Both the position numbers and the translations under genes were made by a program. Positions 52,413-63,045 of a DNA stretch of 64,000 nucleotides are shown here, piece after piece. The notes under the pieces are model-generated. The model had not been told where the DNA came from. It did no database searches and worked only from the letters and a program-made list of their open reading frames with translations. This DNA comes from Lytechinus pictus. Taxonomy: Eukaryota. The DNA lies in assembly GCF_037042905.1 (NCBI RefSeq), contig NC_087251.1, positions 47,866,001 through 47,930,000 on the forward strand. Reading direction: 5' to 3'. Position 1 is the first letter of the stretch. Every line of letters begins with the position of its first letter.

Positions 52413-54298
52413 GTCAGTCCAGTCAATCAATCAATCAATCAATCAACCAACCAACCAACCAACATCATCATCAACCAAACTTCATTTTCAACCGGTTCCT
52501 TTAACTGGTTAAAATAAAAAATAATCTTATCCGCACTTTACATGGAATTCTAGCATTTTCTTACCTCATGTGGTCTGACTTTATTGAAGTTGAATTCTTC
52601 TGGTTTGTATGGTTGCTTGGTACTTGTTATCTCTTGCGGTTTCCGCCTGTCAGTTGCCCGCTTCTCATTCAACTATTGGTAAAAGAAATTAGAAAATAAA
52701 TCATATATGTTACCTTCTTAGAACATAATCTGATATATGGATGAAAAAGATATGGTAATAATATACAACACTTATAGGCACTGCAAGAAACTTATATTCA
52801 ATTCCAAATCAAGCATAACTCCCATTATCAGGTGCAATTCCTTTGATTAAAAATAAATTTGACAATGATTGACCTCCTCTCACTGGTCTAAAGAACTTGT
52901 TGTACCCTCCCCTTTTTCATTTTTTTTTCAATACACGTACATGCTGTTAATATAGAAATGTGTTCTATGGAAAAGTGGCCTTATCAGAAAACTATAAAAA
53001 GGCCTCAAGGCCACATTTTCCTGGATTGGCCTTGAGCTGAGTCACAAATACAAAGTCTATGGGGGAATGTCTTCTCTACTGGCCTCCTCTTTGAGAAGTA
53101 CCCCACTCGACTACATCCCTGGTGATGATGACCTCATAAAGGAACTTACCTGAGCCACAAACCTATGAGGGCCTTCTATTACCCTCGTTGTTAGGGTTCC
53201 AAGCTCGTAACGAAAGAACCCCTTTTCAACCGCTTCGTCCCATCTCCCTCTTAACTCCTGGTCAAACTGAAGAGAACAAAGATCAGGGGGGAAAATGAAA
53301 ACTGGGGCTCGGACATGTTTGCCCCCAATTGCTCAATAGAGCACTGGAAAATATCAAGAAGAGCTCCAGAAAATCCCAATTGACTGCAATGTTAAATCTT
53401 ATCCAATGTTGCAGATTTGGGCAGGAGGTTGTCAAAAGTAGCACCAGGAAAATAATAATAACAATAAATAATTTTTTGCCTGACAGATATTAATATTCAA
53501 GACCAACTCACTTCGTGCAATCATTTCTTCTACAGGGAATGATTTCATGAAACAAATAATCAATGATTTTCACTGACTATTCATTATAAACTATTGAAAT
53601 CGTTGCATCTGATTGGCTCAGAGTTTACTTTTTTGTGAAAATCATGTCTACTACTCGCTTCATGAAATGCTCCCAAGGTATCTTGTTTATTCAATCCTTG
53701 ATGGTGCACCAAAGCTTCAAAAGAGTTTGGTTCTAACATGGTGAGACAAGCTCCTTCTTTTAAATGATGATGCACACTATACACTTCCAAGTCAATAGAA
53801 AAAACCTGTTCAAATTAAACACTTCCAAACTCATGACATCATAATGATTTCATTAAATGATGGGTTTTGTCATTACTCATATCATGTCTTAGTGATAGTT
53901 TTCACTATACAGAAGAATTATACAAGTTTAATGGAAATTAATCGAATAAGATTAACTGAATAGTGTCCGTAGTTCTTAAATTTGTTTTACATCGGGTAAA
54001 AAAGATGCATGAATACAAATGATAGAGAGTTAAGAAAAACAACTATTACATATTATAGTTTTCAATGAGAATACTGTTCAATACATAAGGGCTTTGTCAA
54101 ATTGGAATGGCATCTTACCACATGGAATCTGGTACGGTACTTTAGAGGACAAGGTGGCTTTACCAAAAAGTGAAGTAGCCCCCCTCCCCCTGGAAATTAT
54201 AATGTGTCAGCTAAACATCTCACCCTACTGAACTTGGCATCCTTTGGGATTTCTGAGACAAAGTCTTGACTGGAATATCTGAAATCCATGGAAGTCAT
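37940..54298 (-). CDS. GDPGP1: GDP-D-glucose phosphorylase 1 (HIT superfamily, VTC2/GGP homologue), 365 aa, 10 coding exons
   Basis: Exons 54298-54224, 53266-53150 ([24 protein letters not shown]), 52672-52565 ([19 protein letters not shown]), 45648-45448 (..[16 protein letters not shown]..), 44499-44441, 43792-43690 ([23 protein letters not shown]), 41924-41821, 39714-39569 ([14 protein letters not shown]), 39257-39192 ([15 protein letters not shown]) and 38058-37940. Total 1098 nt. All introns are GT-AG and phases match. HIT motif HLHMH. Confidence 0.95.
39788..39982. mobile_element. Palindromic MITE, same family as 14283-14460
   Basis: GGTGGGTGTTTCATAAAGCTGTTCGTAAGTTACAA ... TTGTAACTTACGAACAGCTTTTATAGGACACCCACC. 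Confidence 0.75.
40208..40602. mobile_element. Kolobok-like MITE, copy 2 (inverted relative to 5746-6139)
   Basis: TTAA at 40204-40207 and 40603-40606; reverse complement of the copy in FAM177A1 intron 1. Confidence 0.8.
41977..42736. mobile_element. MITE with GGGG(C/T)GGTATTCT termini
   Basis: Left GGGGCGGTATTCT..GTCATAACTTTTGTCA, right TGACAAAAGTTATGAC..CAGAATACCACCCC. Confidence 0.65.
43851..44023. mobile_element. Small hAT-like MITE
   Basis: CAGTGGCGTAC / GTACGCTACTG termini; TSD TAATTACC / TAATTACA. Confidence 0.75.
46422..46693. mobile_element. MITE
   Basis: GGGCCCTGTCTTACAAAGAG..GATTGATC / GATCAATC..CTTTGAAAGACAGGGCCC. Confidence 0.7.
48760..49076. mobile_element. hAT-like MITE
   Basis: CAGTAGCGTACG / CGTACGCCACTG termini. 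Perfect 8-bp TSD TGACTGTG at 48752-48759 and 49077-49084. Confidence 0.85.
49087..50993. mobile_element. Non-autonomous DNA transposon with GGTCCGAC/GACCAGTA subterminal repeats and a ~1.1-kb internal (TTTC/TTCC)n tract
   Basis: TIRs CAGGGCTCGACACTA / TAGTGTGGAGCCCTG. Flanking direct repeat CTGTGAC at 49080-49086 and 50994-51000. Pyrimidine tract ~49700-50815. Confidence 0.8.
51005..51626 (+). mobile_element. 5'-truncated LINE (L2/Crack/CR1 group): ORF2 C-terminus plus 3'UTR
   Basis: Translates [54 protein letters not shown], the typical GP..WN.L....K.....FK..LK end of ORF2. A 3'UTR stem-loop (~51419-51458) and an AATAAA + (ATGA)n tail follow. Confidence 0.75.
51730..51905 (-). mobile_element. 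tRNA-derived SINE, family 1, 5' half
   Basis: Reverse complement of the head and ACCCAGGTGAGGTG body seen at 11939-12100. Confidence 0.75.
51935..52380 (+). mobile_element. tRNA-derived SINE with a Deu/Nin-domain-like core (DeuSINE)
   Basis: A box TGGCTCAGTCG and B box GGTTCGAGTCC. The core GGATAGGATGTTAAATGGAGGCCCCGTG..GCACATTAAGAACCCACTGCACTATTCG..AAGAGTAGGGG resembles the Deu-domain as I recall it. (CAT)n tail, then (CAAT)n at 52384-52460. Confidence 0.8.
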
Positions 54299-56299
54299 CC
54301 CTGAAGTATATAACAAAATGAAGATATCAACAAGTTAATACCAAGAGTTAAGAATAATCACGGACCATACTAGGAAGGGTCCATGGAATAATCAACTTAC
54401 AAATAAATTATTTTCAAATTACTTTTTGTTAAGTGTTACCCACATGAAAACATCCTCACATTCTAAAATATATCAACAAAAAATAGAATACAAAGAAAAA
54501 GATAACAAAGATTTCTCCATTTGAAAATAAAATAACATTGCATCAGTCCTTGACTTAGCCTCAAGAGTACAAAAAATATGTACGAGCAAGACAACATTTT
54601 TAGGATAGTATGGAAACCATGTAATGTGAACATCCATCAAATTGTGATTTTACTCCTGTTCAGCTCCCTGTCAATTCTTTCAGTAGCCTCTGTAAAGGGT
54701 GATACTGGAAAGGAAACATCACTTTGTCACTCAGATCAGTATCACTTGCAGTCTACATACACCCTGTCTCAGCTGTGTTGAAACACACTCCAAGAAGTCT
54801 TTAAAATATCACTTTTGTAACAGAAAATACCAAACGGCCATGCGTTTTGAGTTGGGCCCATTTCCGTTACAACTAAAATTCGCCCCCAAAATCAGACTGT
54901 TTTATTCAGTTGAATGTATTTTGTATGTTTGACATCCTATACCCAGAAAAGTATATATTCTAAAGGAGAATGTCTGAGGAATTAAGAAAATGCAATTAGA
55001 AAAGGCATAGGGTGGTGTCATAAGAAGTTACACATCAAAGTATGTGGAAAACTGTGAAAAAATTTACTTCCCAATAAATCTTAGAATCAGAAAAAATTGA
55101 CACCCTCTCGGAAAATAACATGCATATTTCAACTTTTTAAAGTGAGACCTTTCAAATGATATCTAACTTGATAGGGATAACTCTTACTAAAATGATTTTG
55201 TGCAATCATCTCTTAGACAAAATTTCACATCACAGTTTTCAGGGAGATATATAACAATGCCCGATAAATCTCAAAACAATGTAGTCTTGCCTTTAGTTGC
55301 ATGAATATACTTGCAAACTGTTTCAAGTACATTATAATATGTTATTATGAATAAAAAAATTACATCATCTGACTCGTATCATGGGATTTGTCATCTCTTG
55401 GCTCAAAGACCGGTGATCCAAAGGTTGACAACTGAGAGCCAGGAGGTTTAATATAGAAAAATATGAATGCACATTGAAAACTTTTCATACCTGTAGCTTT
55501 AGGATAAACTTATGTGTACAAAAACAAGTAAACAACTTACATGTTATGAACAAATCTATTCATCTTTAATACACCTGGCAAAATACTCTGATCACATTAT
55601 TTTCTAGTGCTATGTTTAAAAGATACCCTCTTTCTCTACATTTTGCAGGATATGCTAGTAAGATCTCTTGACCACTGGATTTAATGTCAATGCCATAATA
55701 CAAAACTCATTCTTTGCACACAATTGATTCTGTTTTAGTGTCTCCTTTGTACCAGTGTCCTCCTCTAGATAATTGAGAAAAATGTTCTCTGAACACCTTT
55801 GTGCAGGCCAAATAAGTGTTGCCAGTATTAGTTATTGGCACTTTGACACTCATCCAAACTTTCTTTCTTTTCTTGTGCGCCTCGGAATAGAATATTTCTA
55901 GATAGATGGCGCTATATAAATGCCTATTATTATTATTATTATTGCCACATTGTGAGGTTGTGTGTGTCATCTACTAATTGATACACGCAGTGTGATGTAA
56001 TATAAAGAAGAAAAAAAGAGAATAAATTGCATCAGCTGAGGGCTTTGTTGCTACAAACAAATCTTCAGCAATCAAAATTTTGACTGGCTTTCTGTTATCG
56101 TACCAGAATAATCTGAAGACTCAGACACATCAGAGTCATCACTGTCATAGTGTCATAGTATACACTGTCAACTTGAAATAAAAAAGTCATATTTAACAGA
56201 TTTATTTCTCTCTAAAGTCTTTAATTAGTCTGTGCTTTTTCTTTTAAAATTTTTGCAGCTTCTAAACTTTACTGAATGTAAGTTCCATTGTGGTGGTGA

Positions 56300-56496
56300 T
56301 TTTTTGACCTGATTGCTAAGAAAGCAAGAATGCCTGTTAGCAAGCAACTAGAGGACCGACAGCTTAAGGTCCTCTCAGAGGGACCTGGTAATGAGGATTA
56401 TTGCCTTACCAAAGGCACTAGCGCACCAAGTGGATATCAAACCCGGGTCACCGGAATCCGAAACCCCCGCTATACCGACTGAGCTATCGCGCCTCC
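56300..56496 (-). mobile_element. tRNA-derived SINE, family 2
   Basis: Close copy of 13351-13540. Confidence 0.85.
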
Positions 56497-57530
56497 TAGT
56501 TAACCCACAACCTTCCTAGTTAACCCACAGCTATTTTTCTTTCAATTTTTTCACATAGATCTGACAGCCACAATACATTTCAAATCGTGTTAAATTCATG
56601 ATTTACGTAAATTAAATTACACTAATCAGCTTAATTAGGTATCCTTCAAACTTACAAGTTCAAATTTGACTCACTTTGATTAAACAATAATCCAATGAAC
56701 CCCATAATGTAATGTTAAATATTTAATTTCATAAAAATCTATGCTCCCCTCAATTACCGCCATGCAAAAATGGCCAACTGATGTTACATAATTGCTAATT
56801 TCTGGTAAACGAAGTAATCTCAGGTATTTTTTCTTTAAAGTAATTGGTATATAGATTTGGTATATAGATTCCCTTTTTATATGCTCATGTAGCCCATGCA
56901 GTTTTATACCATTATTAATTTCTGTGGTTGTCCAACAAATGTAACAATACCATCTATATGCGGCCCATCTTAAAACACAAGGCCGATTCTTCCATGATAA
57001 TTTTTGGGATTACATTTTTTTGTTCACCAGAGCGCTCAAAAATTAGATTTAAGCACACTTATGTGAGGCCCTCTAGTGGTGGACTCAAAAGTGTAGCCCT
57101 CAAAACTGTCTTTTTTCAATTAGAAAAACACAATTCAAAGAATTCAATTTAGTTTTGGGCCAAATCATATAAGATGAATAATAGTAGTAGAATAGAATCT
57201 CATGAAACCCTCAAATCAAGCATTTATACCTACCTACATAGGAATACCTAGGGAAGATTTTGAATGCAGGCATGTTTATTTGGCATTAGATCTAGATCTA
57301 TATCAAAAGAAATCAAGCCAAACATTGCCAACCTAATTTCAGCACACAGAGTCACTTTTTTCCTATCCTGTGTCTGAGGACAAGTTTAAACTGTAAGTAA
57401 GTTACATCTTTTTTTAACAAGCATAGATAGTAAAATTGACTGGTTGGCAATGGTTGCAAAATAAAAAGACCCCCTCCCGGTATATACAGAGGATGATCAC
57501 TTGCATACATTGTAAGAAAGGCTAATTCAA

Positions 57531-58003
57531 ATCGTTTATGATGATATACATTTTATTTTCAACCTCGTGGTGATAGTGGACGCCGCCGTGAACTTTTAAA
57601 GGTAGTATTACCAACGGGGCTCATTGCGTTACTCTCTTACATCGTTTATGATGATATAAATCTTCTCTTCAACCTCGTGGTGATAGCGGACCCCGCCATT
57701 AACTTTTAAAGATCGTACTATTGACGGAGCTCATTGGGTTACTCTCTTACTTCGTTTATGATGATATACATTTTATTTTCAACCTCGTGGTGATAGCGGA
57801 TGCCGCCGTGAACTTTTAAAGGTCGTATTACCGACGGACATCACTGCGCTACTCTCTTACCTCTTTTATGATGATAGACATCTTCTCTTCAACCTCGTGG
57901 TGATAGCGGACCCCGCCGTGAACTTTTAAAGATCGTGCTACTGACAGAGCACATTGGGTTACTCTCTTACATCGTTTATGATGATATACATCTTCTCAAC
58001 CTC
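57531..58003. repeat. Tandem array of 110-bp units (4.3 copies) with 220-bp higher-order structure
   Basis: Units start at 57531, 57641, 57751, 57861 and 57971. All share TTTATGATGATA; the full units also share AACCTCGTGGTGATAG..AACTTTTAAAG..ACTCTCTTAC. Confidence 0.9.
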
Positions 58004-58927
58004 AATTTATTTGTCTTTGCAACTTCGTCGGGAGATGCTTCTTTTATATTTCTTCTTAAAAATCAAAAGTTCATTTCTCAAGATAGTAATAAATTGATTT
58101 GAAAACGCTAGCTCCCCAAAACATTTTAATAACATATTTCAAATCATCGTGCGTGCTTGCGACTTCTACTACATTTTAATTGCACTTGCAACTTTGAGAT
58201 GATGCGTCGTACGAGATCAATCCAATAATTCTAAATCGTTAGCACCTAAAAATACTTATAAAAGATGTCCCGCCGATCGTTCATTAACTTGTGATTTATG
58301 AGAATTATTTTCATTTTATTTTCCTTTGCGCCTTTGCTCGGAAGATGCGTCTTTCGTTTATCTTTCTAATAAAAATCACTCGGTTTATTTTAAAGCAATA
58401 ACACCTCAAAACCCCTTTAAAACATGTTCCAAACGATCGCGACTTCCATTCCAATGCATTCGTCTTTGTGTCTTTGTCAGGAAGATGCGCGTGACCGCGT
58501 ACAAAATTTTGATGTATTCCTTTGTTTTTAAAGTTTATTAAACATCGCCGATTCGATTTTAGAAGCTTAACTGCCGATCCGATTTTTGATCCGATTTACA
58601 ACTTTATCCAAAACATTGGCATCTAGGCCTTTCAAATATAGAAAAATAAAGGAAGTAAGCGTGGTTCAGGGCCAAATATCGCAGCAGGAATTCAGCAACG
58701 TTTACTTTGATGATAGCGATACCGGAGCGCGGAGCGGAGCGGGCGCGGCGGTCAGGTAGATGTGGGCCCATAGTACCGCCGGCTCCGGGGCGCTGGCGCT
58801 GGCACCGGGCCTGCGGAGCCATGACCATGATTATTATCCACAGCAACGCTGCCACGGTGTTATTTTCAGTATAACTTGAGTTCAAGCTTCCCCTTGCCCT
58901 AAGACATATGTTTGAAGTTGAACTTAC

Positions 58928-59035
58928 TTTTGTACTTGGCAAATGAGTTTCCGAGCTTTCAATTTATGACCATTGACGTGGCCTGTAACATCCAGTCTGC
59001 ATTATGAAATGTCGTCCGCTTCAATTGCCGGTATT
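58928..59035 (-). promoter_or_regulatory. GDPGP1: Putative non-coding first exon / promoter of GDPGP1
   Basis: The GDPGP1 ATG lies 2 nt after an acceptor (54301), so an upstream exon is expected. A strong donor AAA|GTAAGT lies at 58927, next to the CpG/GC-rich patch 58715-58830. Inference only. Confidence 0.4.
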
Positions 59036-59449
59036 TGCATAGAAAATCACGTTGAGCATGCGTGATGCGTTATGAAAGATGTATGGAAGGCTGTTGTGGA
59101 CATAAATCACAATTGTTGTTTTCAGATGTGAATGGGGGCAGGATACTGATCTATCAGTTTGGATGGAGGATGTGCCCATTGACCTGTGATAAATAATAAA
59201 ATTACAGTTTTCATTGTCTAATTTACATTGTGTCCTATAGTATTATTTTGGGCTACAGGGTGAAAATAGAACCTATAAGGGGCACTTCATCTCATCGTCT
59301 GCTTTAATCGATTCTTCAAAGGGCTCTGCAGCCTATCTCGAAGATGAAATTAAACTTGGACGCACGTTATGAGGAGGAGTGAGGGATATTTTCATGGTGA
59401 TTTTGCAGAAGCTTTTGGATGCTGTCAAGCGAAACTGCATTAACTATTT

Positions 59450-61340
59450 CAGGGGCGGATCCAGCCTTCGCCAAAAAGGGGGGGGGGGGGCACGGATTTT
59501 TTTTCAGCCATATTTTCCCCGCTCGGCCGCTCGAACATGATTTTTTTTTGTTTCTTAAGGGGTTGTCGTAATAGTTACTTCTTAGCTTTATTCTTATCAA
59601 TCAACATAAATATATAATATCATAATTCTTATTTATATAATGCGAGCGCGAAGCGCGGGCAATTTTTTTTAAAGTTTATGTATTTTTTCCTAAAATTTGG
59701 ACATTCTAGGCAATTTTATCATGAAAAGATGTGTATGCAACTATACTACGAACGCGAAGCGCGAGCAGAAATTTTTGATACACGTTTTGAACTGATCGAA
59801 AAGGTAGGCCTACCTATTGCTTGCAGTTAGCCATGAAGACGTCACATATTTCAACAATCAAATAATGCGAGCGCCAGGCGCGAGCTAAACTTTTTTGACA
59901 CTTTTACCCAAAGAATGAAAATTCTATGCGCTCTTTGTATCTTAAACAGAATAGGTATATAACTTAACAAATGATGCGAGTGCGGAGCGCGAGCCGAAAA
60001 TTTCGAGATTTAGACCTTAAAACGAGACACTCCATTCATGTTTTGTAAATAATGAAAAGGATGAGTAATTAGGGATCTTTCTTACATTAAATAATGCGAG
60101 CGCGAGCAGAATTTTTTTGTATACGTTTTGAACTGATCGAAAAGGTAGGCCCTACCTGTTAAGGACTGTATGCACTTAGCCGTGAAGAAGTTAGATATTG
60201 AAAATTGTTGACATTTCTACATAAAATTTTAATCAATATTTGTAATCGTGAACAGGAAAGCTATACAGTGCATCCCAGAAAAAACGAAACCGAGATTAAG
60301 CGATGATTTATCATAACTTAATCACAACTAATACAATAGACAAATGACCTACCAATGTAAAGCTTACCATCTCCTCTTTCATCTGATATTACTTAGATTA
60401 TTCCCCATTCACGCATGAGTGAACAAAAACAATTTGAAGAAGGATACCAAAAACTCATTTGGCGGGGGGTATCTGAATTTCAAAAAGAAAATCACATGAC
60501 TAAAAAGTTAAATATCTTCTCTTTTCTTTGATACCTAAATCACAGAAAATGGTCTAGTAGTAAAAAAGTTATGATCCCTCGAAACAATGCTTGTATTTCC
60601 ATAATTTCATTAAATAAACGTGTTTTCACCGGTTTCCCACTGAAGCTATCGCAAGGTAACAAAAGACTTAATGCATGGCTGATCGTCAACAAAACGGAGT
60701 GTCGAGTGAGTTTGAACGCTAGCCTGTAAAACCTCTTAATTTTATGAAATTATTGCCGAAATTCAAGCCTTATTTCAAATAACCAGAACTTTGTTATTTC
60801 TTGACCATTTTCTGTAATTGAGGTATCAAATTAAAAAGCGGATATTAAACTTTTTAAAAATGTGGTTTTCCTTTTGAAACCCAGATACAGCCCGCCAAAT
60901 GACTTTTTGGTATCTCCTCTTCAAATTGTTTTGCTCACTCATGCGTGAATGAGAAAAAATCTAAGTAACTTCAGATGAAAGAAGAGATTCTAAGCTTTAC
61001 AATGGTAGGTCATTTGTCTATTGTATTTGTGATTAAGTTATGATAAATCATCGATGAATCTCGGTTTCGTTTTTTGTGGGACGCACTGTATAACTAAACA
61101 ATTGATGCGAGCGCGAAGCGCGAGCGGAAAAAATCGAGATTTAGACCTAAAAACGGGACACTCTATTCATGTTTTGTAAATCATTAAAAGGATGAGTAAT
61201 AGGGGATCTTCCTACATTAATAATGCGAGCACAAAGCGCAAGCAGATGCACGCGCGTGTTTCAGATTTAATCCAAGAATCTAGGCATTCTAAATACATTT
61301 TTTATCATGAAAATCAAAGCGAGCGCGAAGCGCGAGCATA
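59450..61340. mobile_element. hAT-like element with GCGAGCGCGAAGCGCGAGC array, right end not found
   Basis: Starts CAGGGGCGGATCCAG + G-run. Internal units as in 32416-34857. Interrupted by the MITE at 60266-61088. Confidence 0.7.
60266..61088. mobile_element. Tc1/mariner-like MITE with ~320-bp inverted arms, nested
   Basis: TA|CAGTGCATCCCAGAAAAAACGAAACCGAGATT ... AATCTCGGTTTCGTTTTTTGTGGGACGCACTG|TA. A truncated second copy is at ~61428-61513. Confidence 0.85.
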
Positions 61341-62357
61341 AAATATTTCATTTCATTTCATTTATTTCACATTAAAAACCAATACACACAATTACAAAAG
61401 AAAGAAAAGGAGATTACTCCATGTATACAGTGCGTCCCACAAAAAACGAAACCGAGATTTATCGATGATTTATCATAACTTAATCGCAAATACAATGAAC
61501 AAATGACCTACCAAATTTGCGGGGATTATGAAACAAAATTAAAATGTTTTATAAAGGATGTCCTCTTTGCCCCAACACTACGTGTTTAGAGTCCGATTTG
61601 CGCGAGGTGTGGAAGGTGGGGCCGTGCACCAAATGGTGTGTAAAGGTAAAACCGACGACCGACGGACCCGTGAGATAACAAATATCGCTGTACTTGTTTA
61701 GGGGTTCATTTCAGGGAATACTTGCCAAGAGTGTTGTTTTGTTTCCAATACTTGTTAAGGGTAGGGTTTCAGACGCTAATACTTGTTAAGGGGGGCATTT
61801 TCAGAATATGGAAAATACGTGTTTAGGGTGCTTTTCTAGACCCCATGGTCGCGCATGGTATCCACTCGTCAATGGAAGTGCCCCCCCCCCCCCGGGGTCT
61901 AGCCCCGGCAGAAATGGAGAATACGAGAAGGAAGGAGAGGCCCACCCCGGGAGCATGCACGTACGGTTAGAGGCATTAGGCACTCTGACCGTGACCAACT
62001 AAGCTCCCGGAGTATAGCTCTCTCCTCCAGTGAACACTTTAAAATCAACCTAATGGAAATAAGGGGGGGGGGGCAGAAAAAGGGAATTAAAACGAGTTAC
62101 ACACTGATTTTGATTAATTAAATTTCTCTAAAACTAGTTTCTGAAAATTTGAAACTTATTGTAGAATTATAAACATGTAATTTCTTCTCAAATGTTAACA
62201 GCCAATCAGAAAACGGTATTTTGACGACGTCATCAATATTTGAAAATACTTTTATTGAATTCTACGGGTGAAATTACCCCTATCTGCCAACTTTAATCGT
62301 ACAAATGTGTGAATAATGGGTTTTGGCGCACTTTGGATCCATTCTGGCCCACTGTGC

Positions 62358-62497
62358 GACGGCTTAAGGTCTTCTCCGAAGGACCTGGTAATGAAGATGA
62401 ATGCCTTACCAAAGGGCACTAGCGCACCAAGTGGGAATCGAACCCGGGTCACCGAAATACGAATCTCCCGCTCCCCCGACTGAGCTATCGCGCCTCC
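62358..62497 (-). mobile_element. tRNA-derived SINE, family 2, 3'-truncated
   Basis: Copy of the 13351-13540 head and body. Confidence 0.8.
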
Positions 62498-62764
62498 CAA
62501 TCAAATTGTCCCTTTTGTTTCATATCGCGCTTAGCAAGAGGAATAGAAAGATAGTCATCATTTTCATATGATGACATTATTGACATGTCCTAAGGATGTC
62601 CCGGTCGTATGTCAAAACTAAAAAATAATAATGATGAAAAATATCAGCTCTTTATTACGTGCGATCCATATCCACCTCACAATTTTCCTACAAATTAAGT
62701 GCTTGAACTATAGAGCTGAAATTGACCCTTTTTTTAGATCGGAATATCACTGGATGAACAATAT

Positions 62765-62885
62765 TATCTCTGATGCATATCAATTGTCGAAGTTTACAAA
62801 AAACTTTCACTCTATGTCTGAATTCCTAGATCTGATAAAGTGTAAATTCGATTTTATAGTGGTCAGCGAAACATGACTTTCAGAA
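62765..62885 (+). pseudogene. Decayed LINE ORF2 AP-endonuclease N-terminal fragment
   Basis: SLMHINCRSLQK-(frameshift in A run)-NFHSMSEFLDLIKCKFDFIVVSET*L matches the HxNxRSL...FD.I..SETW motif, with W mutated to TGA. Confidence 0.75.
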
Positions 62886-63045
62886 GGTCCAGATTGTCTC
62901 TTAGACGGGTCAATATACGACCAAAAATACCCTTACCCGGAACAAATTGCAACAAATGATTTTTCAATGGTTTTTATTACTATTTGACCTCAGGAATAAC
63001 ATACTAAAAATCTACCAAAATCTGCATCTGGGAAAGTGGTTATTT

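Noticed and set aside
58604..58942. 112-aa ORF over the GC-rich patch
   Set aside because: Non-ATG start, no homology recognised; explained by a CpG-rich promoter-proximal sequence.
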